Below are positions 24,067-37,689 of a stretch of 64,000 nt of DNA, piece by piece. The notes beneath the pieces were generated by a model. The model searched no databases, was not told the origin of the DNA, and was given only the letters and a program-made list of their open reading frames with translations. The position numbers and the translations under genes were made by a program. Every line of letters begins with the position of its first letter. The stretch's first letter is position 1. The stretch is from Mobula hypostoma (Eukaryota), in assembly GCF_963921235.1 (NCBI RefSeq), contig NC_086097.1, forward strand, positions 7,626,001-7,690,000, in the 5' to 3' direction.

Positions 24067-24519
24067 ACTTGTGGTCAGGAACTTGTGTGGTCTGGCAAAA
24101 GTCAAGGATAAAAGCATGCATCAAGTCCTGGTATTTGCATCTCAATAATATCATTATCTTCTGATTGAAACCCAAATACACAAGAGTCTGAAATTGGGTA
24201 AGATGATATCTGTCATCCACCACTGGTGCTGTGGCTGAAACATGTATCATCTACAAAATACTCTACAGTTACTGCTTAGACTACTCTTTACTAGCCCACA
24301 AGCTCTAGCACTGAGAACAAAACATTTCAGGAATCTGCACGTTCTTCTCCAGGTAGTAACTTGTAAGTGTATCACTGTTCCAATTTGATCTAAATCTTGG
24401 AACTTCCTGGATACTCCTGTGGGTTTTTTGACAGTGGATGAAATATGGTAGTTCCACAAGGCAGTTCACCATCACTTTCTCAAGAACAATTAGAACACAG
24501 AACAGTGCAATACAGGAAC

Positions 24520-24965
24520 AACTTGTCACATGAAGAGCCTTTGATGGCTCTGGGGTTATATTCTGTGGAATTCCGAAGAATGAGGGGTGACCCAATTGAA
24601 ACTTATCAAATCGTGAAAGACCTTGATAGAGGGGATGTGGAGAGGATGTTTCCTATGGAGGGAGAGTCCAGGACCAGAGGACACAGCCTCAGAATACAGG
24701 GGCATCCTTTTAGAACAGAGATGAGGAGGAATATTTTTTAAGCCAGAGTGGTGAATCTGTGGAATTCATTACCTACCACAGGCAGTTGTGTCATTGGGTA
24801 TATTTAAGGTAGAGGTTGATAGATTCTTGATTAGACAGGACACAGCAGGATATGGGGGTGGGAGAAGGCAGCAGATTGAGTGTAAATATGGATCAGCCAT
24901 GAGGAAATGGTGGAGAAGACTCAATAGGCTAAATGGCCTAATTATGCTCCTATACCTTGTGGTCT
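24520..24965 (+). mobile_element. CR1 LINE 3' end
   Basis: LMALGLYSVEFRRMRGDPIETY...RTRGHSLRIQG. Confidence 0.9.
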
Positions 24966-25043
24966 AAATACTCATTCTTGACCATGATCACTGCAATACA
25001 GAGTCTGTAAGGCAATGGCAAACCACATCTGTAGAAAAGTTTC

Positions 25044-25218
25044 AATCACAAACAAGAGAAAATCTGCAGATGCTCGAAATCCAAGAAACAAAACAAAATG
25101 CTGGAGGAACTCAGACCAGGCAGCATCTATGGAAAAAAAGTACAGTTGATGCTTCGGTCCAAGAAGCTTTTGGGTGTGCCTGGCCTACTGAGTTCCTCCA
25201 GTGTTTTGTGCGTGTTGC
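25044..25218. mobile_element. Palindromic PLE mini-insertion inside an RTE-type SINE
   Basis: Tailed minus arm plus tail-less plus arm; degenerate TSD with core TGTAGAAA at 25030 and 25222. Confidence 0.8.
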
Positions 25219-25396
25219 TTTTGTAGAAATGCTTGCCAAGAACAATTATGGTCATGGAAAGACCATAATCACCCATGCCAAATGACATGGCACAATGAAT
25301 ATCTATTATTGTAGATCTTCAGTATTTTATTTGCTTTGTGAAAACTACATTTGTTGCCTTGAATTTCACGTCAAGACATTGAGCAGGTTTTGTGAG

Positions 25397-25966
25397 CGAG
25401 GCCTCCATTGGAGAGAGTTGACCATGGGTATTACATCTTAGCTGTCTAGATACACAAGCCTGGGCTGTATGATATGGAGAACAAGCAGTGGCCCATGTAG
25501 CAAGCTACCTCTCTCCATGTATCTGATGAACCCAAAGGAATGGCACAGACTGATACAGATTGGTACCAACAGTGTAGCAAGAGTTGCCAGTCGGCAGTGA
25601 ACTCAATGTAGGACTGCCTTCAGGACTCAAGCTCCGGATCGTTCCCTTGGGGTTTACTCCTGTATTGGGTATAGCTGCAAGGCTGCAGAGGAATGAAATC
25701 AGTTTTCTTCTCCTAGATGAGCTGCCAAATATGGCTGACAAGCCTCACCTGCCAGAAGTGACTGGTTTTAAGTGCCAGTAATCCAGCTTTACTCCTTCTC
25801 GTGTCAGTAGAAACATTTCTTCTGGGCTTAGTGGCCAAGTCACACAAGGCCTGGTGTTGGACTTGGTTGTCAGAGGCTATTTGAGGCTCACGCCATTGGG
25901 AGCATTTAATAAGTAGTGGGAGCTTGCCCCCATTACCACCCCTGGCTATAAAAACCTTACGGAACC
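25397..25966 (-). mobile_element. Full-length non-coding RTE-type element (5' end GGTTCC)
   Basis: End-to-end reverse-complement similarity with 60000-60689. Confidence 0.8.
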
Positions 25967-26267
25967 AGGTTTTGTAAATTCATGGAAATGGCACAGAAGA
26001 GATTCTGTAGCTGCTGGAAATTCAAAGTAACACAGAAACTGTTGGAAGCACTCTTCAGGTCTGGCAGCATCTATGGGTAGGATAAACAGTCAAGTTTTAG
26101 GCTGAGACTCCATCTGAACTCATGCTGTAAAAAAATGTATGGCACAGAAGAGGGCCACTCCAGCCACTTTGCTGACATTACATTATACAACAATGAGGAA
26201 AATCTCTCTTCCCAGTGCTCCGTCCATTGCCTTCACTGTTCTCGTGCTTTTACAGATACTTTTAAAA

Positions 26268-27270
26268 TATGCTAGGCAAACTGAAAGGTCTTAATATGGA
26301 TAAATCACCTCGACCAGATGGACTGTATCCCACAGTTCTGAAAGTGTTTGCTGAAGATATAGCAAATGCATTGGTTATGAGCGTTCAAAGATCACTTGAC
26401 TCTGGCATGGTTCTGGGACACTGGAAAATAGCACATGTCAATCCACCATTTTAAAAGGGAGGAAGGCAAAAAGAAATTATAGGCCAGTTAGCCTAACCCC
26501 AATGGCTGGGAAAGTGTTTGATTCCATTATTAAGGATGAAGTTTTGGGATACTTGGAGACTAATGATAAAATAAGTCATGGTTTCTCTAAAGGGAAATGA
26601 TGTCTGACAAATCTGTTAAAGGTCTTCATGGAAGTGACAATCAGGATGGACAAAGGAGAGTTAGTGGATGTCATTTACTAGGAATTTCAGAAGACTTTTG
26701 ATAAGGTGCCACACATGTGGTTACTTAAAATAAAATCCTATGACGGTACAGGAAATATACTGGCATGGGTAGAGGAATGGCTAACAGGCAGGAGGCAGTG
26801 AGTGAGAATGAAGGGGGCCTTTTCTGGTTGGCTGCCAGTGACTAGATGTGTTCCTCAGGGGTCGGCGTTGGCACCTCTACTTTACACATTGTTTGTCAAT
26901 GATTTATAAAATAGAATTGATGGTTTTGCGGCAAAGTTTACAGATGATACGAAGATAGGTGGAGGGGTAGGTTGTGATGAAGCAGCAATGCTTTTGCAGC
27001 AGGACTTGGACAAATTGGAAGAATGGGTAAAAAGTGGCAGCTGGAATAATGTTGGAAAATGTATGACAATGCATTTTGGTAAAAAGGCCAAAAGTGCAAA
27101 CTATTATCTAAATGGGGAGAAAATTCAAGCAGAGGTGCAAGACTCCCAGAATGTTAATTTACAGGTTGGTAAAGAAGGTAAATGCAATGTTGATATTCAG
27201 TTCAAGGTGTATTGAATATAAAAACAAGGAGACAATGCCAAGGCTGTATGACACTAATCAGGCCGTACTT
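26268..27270 (+). mobile_element. Degraded CR1 RT fragment
   Basis: DKSPRPDGLYP, NYRPVSL, VPQGS and KFTDDTK remnants. Confidence 0.9.
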
Positions 27271-27281
27271 GTCTTATTGTC

Positions 27282-28580
27282 CATGGGAAAGAGTACAGTC
27301 GACATTTTGGGCCGAGACCCTTCAGCAGGACTGAGGAAAACAGATGAGGAGTAGAGTTAAAAGGTGGGGGTGCAGAGAGAGAAACACAAGGTTATAGGTT
27401 AACCAGAGAGGGGGTAGTGTGAAGTAAAGAGCTGGGTAGTTGATTAGTGAAAGACATGGGGCTGGAGAAGGAAGAATCTAATAGCCATAGAAGAAAAGCA
27501 GGCAAGGAGATAAGGTGAGAGGAAAAATAGGATGGGGAATGGTGAACAAGGGGAGGGAGGTTGGGGCCTTTTATCGGAAGTTTGAGAAATCGATGTTCAT
27601 GCTATCAGGTTGGAGGCTACCCAGATGGAATATAAAATGTTGTTCCTCTAACCTGAGTGTAGACAGTAGATGAGGCCATGGATTGACGTATTGGAATGGG
27701 AACGGGAAGTGGAATTACAATGGGTGGCCACTGGGAGATCCCGATCCTTCTGGCAGAGTGAGCGTAGGTGTTAGGTGAAACGATCTCCCAATCTACGTCA
27801 GGGTCTCATTGATGTACAGGAGGCCACACCGGGAGCACTGGACACATTGCATGACCCCAACAGTCTCACAAGTGAAGTGTCACCTCACCTGGAAGGATTG
27901 TTTGGGGCCCTGAATGGTAGTGAGGGAGGGGGTGTAGGGGCATGTGTAGCACATGTTCCGATTGCAAGGGTAAGTAATTCCAAGCCTTTGTGTATATCTA
28001 AGGCAGAGGTTGATAGATTTTTGATTGGTCAGGGCATAAAGGGATATGGGGTGAGGAAGGGTAGTGGAAGGCAGGAGATTGGGGCTGAAGGGAAAAGTGG
28101 ATTGGCAAAGATGAAATGGCTGCAGGCCTAATGGCCTAATTCTGCTCCTACATCTTATGGTCTTAAGATGCCAGAATAAAAATTTGCGGGAGAGGATGGT
28201 AGTTAAAAGGTGATAGGTGAAGTCAGGTTGGTAGGAAAGGTCAAGGGCTGATGAAGGAGGAATCTGACAGAGGAGGAGAGTGGACCAAAGTGGAAAGGGA
28301 AGGAAGAGACCTAGGGGAAAGTGATAGGCAGGTGAGAAGGCGTTAAAAGTCAGAGGCAGGAATGGAGGAAGGGTGGAGGGAGGGTAATTCCTCCCCCCCC
28401 CCCAGAAAAAGGAGTCGATATTCACGCCATCAGGTTGGAAGGAACCCAGCTGGAATACAAGGTGTTGCTCCTCCAGCTGGAGATGTGGCACATCTTGGAA
28501 CAAGAGGAGGTCATGGACCAGCATATTGGAATGGGAATTGGAATCAAACTGTTTGGCCATTGGGATGTTCTGGACAAACA
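27282..28580 (-). mobile_element. Two PLE 3' fragments (GIY-YIG to pLTR) separated by a CR1 3' end (~27980-28165, +)
   Basis: LEEQHLVFQLGSFQPDGVNID and CNRNMCYTC in ORF 27880-28581(-); hammerhead-like antisense motif at ~27295-27332. Confidence 0.85.
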
Positions 28581-29156
28581 ATGTGCACTAGACAATAAAT
28601 TGTCTAATTTGTGTAAAAGGCAGTTGGACAGGTATACAAATGGCAAAAGTTTAGATGGTTACGGGCCAAATGTGAAAAAAATGTTCCTTGTATCACTTGT
28701 GGAAGCCACCATGATGTCTTTGGCCATGAGAAAATAAGGGAACAAGAGAGCCACCTTTGCTAAAAAGATGATTAATCTATTATTCTTTCTCAGATGCTGT
28801 CCAAGCTGTAGATTTCTCAGTGATTTTTTTTATATTTAAGGCGACCAATTGCTTAGTTGAAGCCCAAGGCTGGTATTATCCTGCAATCTCGTTAAAGGTA
28901 GATGCAGGTGAGTCACTGGATAAAAAGGAACTTGCAGGCATGTTAAATAGGTAGCTTTTCTCTTGTTATTGACACTCGAGAGCAAAACGCACGTGGTGCT
29001 AGAATATCTGTACAAAGTCCAGGGAAGGCAGTCAGTAGACTTTACATGTTAAAAATTGCAAGTGGGGAAAATAACAGGACTTCAGAGAAGTCTCTAGTAC
29101 CTGATAGTTTTGAGAACTTTAAAAAGGAGCAAATGAGAAAACTGAAAATGTATTAC

Positions 29157-29321
29157 TGATAATCTCCCAAAGCTCTCGATGAAGATACTGGTGCTTTTTC
29201 AAATGGAAAATCATAGAGCTGAACTTCAGAGCCGGCTAATCTTCTTTTCTGTGTGATGGGTTTCAGACTCAAATTCACAATTTTACACAAGTGACTTGGC
29301 TGTTCAGCATCGTCTGTTTGC
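29157..29321 (-). CDS. Candidate 165-nt coding exon, unidentified protein (QTDDAEQPSHLCKIVNLSLKPITQKRRLAGSEVQLYDFPFEKAPVSSSRALGDY)
   Basis: Bounded by TAG| and |GTAATA, length divisible by 3, only one frame open, non-repeat DNA; splice sites are weak. Confidence 0.35.
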
Positions 29322-29489
29322 CTAAGTGATACCCAATATGTGTGGGTAACAGTTACATTATAATGGCCAACAATGCCCATTGCCTAGTCTCAATGTTAAA
29401 CACTGGAATAGATTGCAGGAAATCCATCAAATATGAAGCATTCATTTTTCAAGATTGTCTGATGTCATTTCCCGTAAAGAAGTGTAAAG

Positions 29490-30085
29490 GGGAACAAAAA
29501 ATTGTTACTCTGGATCTGATACAGCACAAAAAAGCACGGTAAGATAAAGAACACAAAACACAATAAATACAAATACAGAAGATAGCTTACATACATAGAT
29601 CAATTGTATGCCTATAAATCGATACTAGGTGCAAGAATGTCCACCTAATGCGACTCTGACAGGAAATGATAAAGTAGTGGTAGTGGGGGTTGTGGAGGGT
29701 GGGTTAGTGGGTGGAGATGTTGATCAAGTGTACCTCTTGGCGAAATTAACTTTGAGTCTGATGGTCCTGGTGTGGATGCTCTGTCGCCTCCTCCCTGATG
29801 GGAGTGGGACAAACAGTTTATGAGCAGGGTGGCTGGGATCCTTCATGATGTTACTATCCCTTTACCGGCAGCTTTCTGTATACATGTCCTTGATGGCAGG
29901 CAGGTTGGTGTCAGTGATGTGTTGGACCGTTGACAATCAGTCGTACATCCTTCCTGTCTGCCGCAGTACAGCTTCCATACCGTGCAGTGACGCAACTTGG
30001 CAGAATGCTCTCTACTGTGCTTCCGTAGAACGGCGTGAGTTTGAATGTGCAAACTCAAGCTTTCTTCAGCCTCTTCAGAAAGTGG
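29490..30085 (-). mobile_element. Rex1/Babar LINE 3' end
   Basis: Antisense of CVTARYGSC...DPSHPAHKLFVPLPSGRR. Confidence 0.8.
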
Positions 30086-30975
30086 AGGCACTGGGAGAGA
30101 CTACAGATAATCCAAATTGGAAGCAGGTGGTAAAGGATGATTTCCTCTCTGCTTTTAACATCTTCAATTGTAGGAACTCAAATCAATGAAAGCCCAAGCA
30201 CAGAAAGTTTGCGGTTACCTTGATTAACTTTTATAGATGTGACATGGGAGCACTGCAGGTGATGTTCAAAACCAAATGGTGTGCCAAAGTGGGAAGAAAA
30301 ATGTTCGGCTGAATTGAAGGTGCATTTGCCTCCTGATGAATTATTTAGTTTGAAATATCATGGCCGTATTCAAAAGGACATTAAAAAGATATGAGGCATT
30401 TCCATTTCATAAGTGAAATCATATAGCAGGCATTTCATTTAGGCTTAACAAAACTGCCAGAAACATTTAAAGGATTTAGCATTCAAGACTGATGTGAAAC
30501 TTGCAATAAGAAAAAGAGGTGAATCTAGCAACCAGTGAAATATTTTCCTTTTTGTAATTTGTCTTCACCTTTTTGCAAAAAAAAAATAAATTACTGGTTA
30601 CTCTTAGTGAAGACTGGTTCCATGAGTAAAAATAATCTTATTGTACCTCAGCTGCGATTGCTCTTCTTACAAGCAAATCATAGTAATGGACTGACACCAG
30701 GAGTGGGAATAGTGGGCAGATTTTCAGAATTGTTCAGCAATACTCACTTCGTTTGTAGAGCTTCAATTGTCGTCCAAGCCTGAGAACAACTGATTCTTGA
30801 GGAATGGCATTCAATTTTAAGGTGCAAGTTTTATGATATATAAACTCAATCCTGATGTAGGTTCTTCAACCAAAACATTGACAATTCCTTTCTATTCAAT
30901 CTGATGAATTTTTCCAAGTTGTTGCTTCACTTTCTGGAATCTGGAATCTCTTGTGTCTGTCTGCATTATGAGATA

Positions 30976-31175
30976 CACTCAGTGGCTACTTTAGTAGGTA
31001 TACCCCTATACCTGCTTGTTAATGCAAATACTGCATGGCAGAAACTCAGTGCATTAATGCTTGTAGACATAGTCCATAGGTTCAGCTGTTGCTGAGAGCA
31101 AACGTCAGAATGGGGAAGCAATGTGAGCCAAGTGACTTTGACCACGGAATGATTGTTGGTGCCAGATGGGGTGAT
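30976..31175 (+). mobile_element. Tc1-like left end (same family as 2431-3392)
   Basis: TA-CACTCAGTGGCTACTTTAGTAGGTA TIR; MGKQCEPSDFDHGMIVGAR. Confidence 0.8.
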
Positions 31176-31544
31176 TCGAATAAAGGAAAGGGGAAGAGGT
31201 CAGGATAAGAAGTTAGGGGGAAGGGGAAGGAGGACAAGCTGGCAGGTGATAGGTTAACCCAGGTGGTGGGGGTTGTGGGATGAAGGAAGGAGGAGGGAGG
31301 TGACATGTGGAACAGTTAAATGGCTGGAGAAGAAGAAATCTGATGGGAGAGGAGAGTGAACCATGGAAGAGAGGGAAGCAGGAGAAGCACCAGAGGACAG
31401 TAACAGACAGGCGAGAAGAACAAAGAGGTAAGATGACAGCCAGAGTGGGGTCTGAGAAGAAGAAAGAAAGGGGAAGGATGCAAAATTACTCCCGTTCTGT
31501 CTGTGTCTTCTGTCTGCCTACCTACCGACTTCCTTACCTGCTTA

Positions 31545-32350
31545 CTTACTGAGATACAGCACAGAGCAGGGCCGCTTCATGCCACACCACCCAGGAACCC
31601 ATAAATTTAATGCTAGCCTAATCATGGGAAAATTTACAATGATCAACTAACCTTCCAACCGGTACCACTTTGGACTGTGGGAGGAAACTGGAGCACTGGG
31701 AGGAAACCCACGTGGTCATGAGGAGAATGTACAAACTCCTTAATGCAAGACCACAAGACAGAAGCAGAATTAGGCCATTCAGCCCATCATGTCGACTCTT
31801 ATTTCATCATGGCTGATCCCAGAATCCATTCAACCCCATACACCTGTCCTCTCACCATATCCCTTGATGTCTCAACCAATCAGGAATCCATCAACTTCCT
31901 CCTTAAGTATACCCACGGTCTTGGCCTCAGCCACAGTCAGTGACAGAGCATTCCACAAACTCACCACTTTTTAGCTAAAAAATTCCTTCTAACTTCTGTT
32001 CTAAAAGGACAACCCTCAATTTTGGCTGTGCCTTCTAGTTCTGAATACCCCCACCAGAGGAAACATCCTCTCCATATCCACCCTATCTAGTCATTTCAAC
32101 ATTTGGTAGGTTTCAATGAGATCCCCACGCATTCTTCTAAATTCCAGTGAGTGCAGCCCCAAAGCTGCTGGACGTTTCTCACCTGTTAACCCCTTTATAC
32201 TTGGAATCATCCTCGTGAACCTCCTCTGGACTCTCTCCAATGACAATACATCCTTTCTGAGACAAGGGGCCCAGAAAGACAGCAGCTGGAATTGAACCCA
32301 AGTCACTAGTACTGTTAAGCATTGTTCTAACCACCTCACTACTGTGCTGA
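31545..32350 (-). mobile_element. HE1-like SINE split by a CR1 3' end (~31745-32274, -)
   Basis: SINE V-domain at 31670-31740 and head at 32277-32350; CR1 LERVQRRFTRMIP...RRMRGDLIETY in between. Confidence 0.8.
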
Positions 32351-32697
32351 CCTTTTTGATGCACCTCAGTTATAATCCTTAAATTTTCTAGATTTTTGGC
32401 GCCAACTGTAAAGGAACACTGATACCGAAACACATCACTCCAATGGCTAGACTCTACAGTCGAATTTCATTTGTCGGAGAGTTATTGCTAGTACTCTTTT
32501 AATGGGTCCCAAAGCATCTGAAGAGTATGCTATGCTGAAATGCTTCAATGATCACAGGAGGTCTCAGTGCTAAAGGGCATGGAAAGGTTATGGGACAGCT
32601 ATAGGTAATTGAATGCTCTACCTGTAAAATAATAATCAAACAAATATGTTAAAGTTCTGTCATTGCAAAACATAACCACATCGCAATTGTGGATGCC

Positions 32698-33855
32698 TAA
32701 GAAAAGGCAGCATCCATCATTAAAGACCCCCATCACCCAGAACATGCCCCTTTTATTGTTACCATCAGGGAGGAGGTACAGGAGCCTGAAGATACACACT
32801 CAACAATTCAAGAACAGCTTCTTCCCCTCTGCCGTCAGATTTCAGAATTTTATGAACATTACATCACTACTTTTTAAATTCAACTTAAATATACACTTTT
32901 TGCTGTAATTCACAGTTTTTATTATGTACTGCTGCCACAAAACAACACATTTCATGACCTGTGCTGGTGATATTAAACCTGATTTGGATTCATAAACGGC
33001 ACGTGAAGCAAATGCTTGACTCATGCCTGTACATGCCTTTGGTCAAGTCGATGATGTCATGCTTGATCGAGAGATTGGTAGCGTTGGTAGTGCCTAGCTT
33101 TCCCAGTTTGAAAGTTCAAAGTACATTTATTATCAAATTATGTATACCATATACAACCTTGAGATTTGTCGTCTTATAGGCAGTCACAAAAGATACACAA
33201 TAGAATCCATAGAAAATTCCACACAAAGACCGCCTAACTTGCAATGTGTGGAAAAAAAAAAGCAAATCGTGCAATCAATAGAAAGGTAAGCAAACAACAC
33301 AGAATATTAACCACAGAGTCTCCAAAAGAGTCTGCAGCCACAGAGTTAGCTCAGTACTGAGGTGAGTACAGCTGGTCCAGGGTCCCGGTGAGTACAGGCC
33401 ACAGCCACGAAGCCAGTTCAACACAGGTGAGTGCATTTGGTCCAGGAGCCCGATGACTGCAGGCCACAGCCAGAGACAGTTCAGTGCCTAGACGAGTCAA
33501 AAAGTAATCCCTCAAAAAGATGGCATCCATGATTAAGGACCCCCATCTCCCATGACATGCTCTGTTCTCATTGCTATCATCAGGGAGGAAGTATAGGACC
33601 TTGAAGACATATGCTCTGATTCCAGAACAGTTTCTTCCTCTCCACAATCAGATTTCTGAATGGACTATAAACCCATGGACACTACATCACTAATTTTCCC
33701 TCTTTTTGCAGTACTTATTTAATTTTTTTAAAAGTTAGAATTATTACTGTAATTTATAGTTTTTTTTAATTACAATGTATTGTAATGTACTGCTGTTACA
33801 AAGCAACAAATTTCACAATATATGGCAGTGATCTTAAACCCAATTCGGATTCTGA
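32698..33855 (+). mobile_element. Cluster of Rex1/Babar 3' ends (32698-32990, 33505-33855) with an antisense repeat between them
   Basis: LLPSGRRYRSLKIHTQQFKNSFFPSAVRF; GATTCT-like tails. Confidence 0.8.
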
Positions 33856-34883
33856 GTGAAGCTGGTCCAGGAGTCCGTCGAGTGCTGGGTAACAGCATCT
33901 CACGTACCCAAGTCTCCAGTGTAACCCGCCTGATGGTAGTAACAAGGGAGGGAGATGGGTCAAGCACAGGCAGATGGGATGGGCTCAGGTGATGGATCCT
34001 GGCTAACATGGAGATTTGAACTGAACACCAATTCATTCTCTTCCCTCATCCCAAACGCCTTTACTACAGCTTTTGTAGTACTACATTTATTGATGTTCCA
34101 TTACTTTACATTATTGTTCTGTAAACCATGAAGAACAATGGTTTGAGCCAACACCCATGAAGTAAACTCAGCAACCTTAAAGACTGATGAGGTGGCACCT
34201 TGTGTAACAGAGCAGATCCAGGAATATACTATGGAAACTGCTCAAGTGGGCAGGGAAATGTGAGCGAGGCCCAGGTATCTTCTGTGGTAAAAGATAATAC
34301 TTTTTCCTCAGTTTCACAGCTTTATCGTCAGAGAAGAGAAATTTGCTGTGGAAATGGAGTCAGTTATCAGAATGAAGACTCATAAAAGATTAATACAATT
34401 CCTTCATCAGGAATGGAAGAAAGGTGATAGATGTCAGATGATTCAAAGATGGCTTATTAATTTTCTTGGCTTAGTGTCAACATCTGGAGATCAATCCTGG
34501 GCCCAATATATCAATGCATTTACAAAGAAGGCACAGCAGTGACTATATTTCATTCGGAGTTTGAGCAGATTTGCTATGTGACCAATGACACTGGCAAATT
34601 ACTACAGAAGTACTGTGGAAAGCTTTTAACTAGTTGCATCATTTTCTGGTATGGTGGGGGAAGTGCCACTGCACAGGATCGTATAAAGCTGCAAAAAGTT
34701 TATGCTCAGTCAGCTCCTTCATGAGCACAAGGCTTCACAACACCCACATCATTTTCAAGGAGTGATGCCCCAAAAAGATGGCATCCATTCACAAGGCTAT
34801 GTTCTCTTCTCATTGCTACCACCAAGGGGGAGATGCAGAAGCCTAAAGTCACAGACTCAACAATTCAGGAACACTTTCCTTCA

Positions 34884-37370
34884 TAAGACCATAAGACATA
34901 GGAGCAGAATTAGGCCATCTGGCCAACTGAGTCTGCTCCACCATTCAATCATGGCTGATCTTTTTATTTATCCCCCTCAACCCCAGTTCCTATCCCTCTC
35001 CCCGTAACTTTTGATACCATGTCTAATCAAGCGCCTATCAATCTCTGCCTTAAATACACCCAACAACCTGGCCTCCACAGCTGCATGTGGTAACAAATTC
35101 ACCACCCTTTAGCTGAAGAAAATTCTTTGCCGCTGTTTTAAATGGGTGCCCCTCTATTCTGAGGCTGTTCTCTCTTGTCCTAGACTATCCCACCATGGGA
35201 AATATCCTTTCAAATTCTACTGTCTAGGTCTTTCAAAATTTGAAAGATTTCAATGAGATCCCCCGCTCATCTTTCTGAATTTCAGTGGGTACAGACCCAG
35301 AGCCATCAAACATTCCTCGTGTGATAACCCTTTCATTCCTGGAATCATCCTTGTGAACCTCCTCTGGACCCTCTTGAATACTGGCACATCTTTTCTAAGA
35401 TGAGGGGTCCAAAACTGTTCACAATACTCAAGGTGAGGCCTCACGAATGCCTTATAAAGCCTTAGCATCATATCCTTGCTCTTGTATTCTAGACTTCTTG
35501 AAATGACTGCTAACCACCAACTCAACCTGCAAGTTAACCTTCAAGTCCCTCTGCATCTCAGATTTTTGGACTTTCTTCCCGTTTAGAAAATTGTCTGCAC
35601 ATTTATTTCTACTACCGAAGTGCATGACCATGCATTTTCCAACATTGTATTTCATTTGCCACTTTCTTGCCCATTCTCCTAATCTGTCTAAGTTCTTTTG
35701 CTTCGACAAAGTCATCTACTCCATCATCCAAATCATTTATATACAGCATAAAAAGAAGTGGTCCCAACACCAAACCCTGTGGAACACCACTAGTCACTGA
35801 CAGCCAACCAGGAAAGGATCCTTTTATTCCCACTCGCTGCCTCCTACCAATAGCCAATGCTCTAACTATGTTAGTGACTTTCCTGTAATACCACAGGCTC
35901 TTACATTGGTAGGTAGTCTCATGTGTGGCATCTTGTCAAAGGCCTTCTGAAAGTCCAAATATACAATATCCACAGCATCCCCTTTTATCTATCGTATTTG
36001 TTATCTCCTCAAAAATTTTCAAGCAGGATTTTCCCTGAAGGAAACCATGCTGACTTTGTCCTATCTTGTCCCGTGTCATCAAGTACTCCATCACCTCATC
36101 CTTAACAATTGACTATCATCTTCCCAAACACTGAGGTCAGGCAAACTGGTCTATAATTTCCTTTCTGCTGCCTTCTTCCTTTCTTAAAGAATGCAGTGAC
36201 ATTTGCAATTTTCTAGTCCTCTGGCACCATGCCAGAGTCCAATGATTTTTGAAAGATCATTTCTAAAGCCATCACAATCTCCAGTGCCACCTCTTTCAGA
36301 ACCCTAGGGTGTAGTTCATCTGGTCCATGTGACATATCTACCTTTAGGTCTTTCAGCTTTTTGAGTACCTTCTCTTGTAATAGTAACTGCACCCACTTCT
36401 CTTCCTTCACATACTACAACATCAGGTACACTGCTAGTGTCTTCCACAGTGAAGACTGATGCAAAATACTTATTTAGTTCATCAGCCAGCTCCTTGTCCC
36501 CATCATTATTTCTCCTGCCATATTTTCTAGTGGTCCTATATCCATTCATTTCTCTTAGTTATAACATACTTGAAAAAACTTTTACTATCCACTTTGATAT
36601 TATTTGCTAGCTTCGATTCATATTTCATCTTTTCCCTTCTAATGCTTTTTTTAGTTGCTCTCTGTAGGTTTTTAAAAACTTCCCAATCCTCTATCAACCC
36701 ACTAATTTTTGTTTTGTTCTATGCCCTTTCTTTTGCTTTTACAATGGCTTTGACTTCCCTTGTCAGCCATGGTTATACCATTTTACCATTTGAATATTTC
36801 TTCATATTTGGAATAAATGTGTCCTGCACCTTCCTCATTTTTTCCAGAAATGTGTCCAGCTCCTTCCAATTTATTTTGGCCAGCTCCTCTCTGATACCAC
36901 TGCAATTTCCCTTACTTTGTTGAAATACTGCTACATCAGACTTTACTTTCTCCCTATCAAATATCAAGTTTAAATGAACCGTATTGTGATCATTGTCCCC
37001 TCAGGGTTCTTTTACCTTAAGCTCCCTAATCACCTTCATCCATTACATAACACCCAATTCAATATAGCTGATCCCCTAGTAGGCTCAATGACAAACTGTT
37101 CTAAAAAGCTATCTCTTAGGCATTCAACAAACTCACTCTCTTAAGATCCATTACCAACCTGACTTTCCCCCAGTCGGCCTGCATGTCAAAATATTCCTCG
37201 ACTCCCATAACATTGCCCTTTTGATTCGCCTTTTCTATTTCCTGCTGTAATCTGTGGTCTCTCTCCCAGCCACTGGAAGGCCTGTACACAACTGCCATCA
37301 ACGTCTTTTTACCCTCACATTTCTTTAACTCAACCCACAACGGTTCAACTTCTTCCGATCCAATTTTCTT
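34884..37370 (-). mobile_element. Long degraded CR1 LINE (endonuclease C-terminus, RT, 3'UTR)
   Basis: [66 protein letters not shown]. Confidence 0.93.
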
Positions 37371-37689
37371 TCCTACTAATGTCAGAGTTCTGAATGGACA
37401 ACAAGCCCATGAACACTACCTGCCTACCTTTTCCCCCTTTTACACTACTTATTTAATTTAACTTTTTAATATGCATCTTACTGTAGGTTGAAATTGTTTG
37501 GTTATTATGTATTGCAATGTACTACCGCTGCAAAACACCAAAATTCATGACGTATTAAACCTGATTCTGAAGAGGGAATTAAAGATGACAGGCCGTACCT
37601 GCAAAAGACATGAGAAGCTAATTCATTAAAACAAAAGTGATCTGTCATATCTATGTAAATATACTTGGTCTACAAAATTTTTAATTTAT

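Noticed and set aside
28841..28907. Plus-strand exon candidate (AAG|...CAG|GTGAGT), and a similar one at 46744-46796
   Set aside because: Isolated, atypical acceptor for the first, no recognisable peptide, and opposite to the better minus-strand series; expected by chance.
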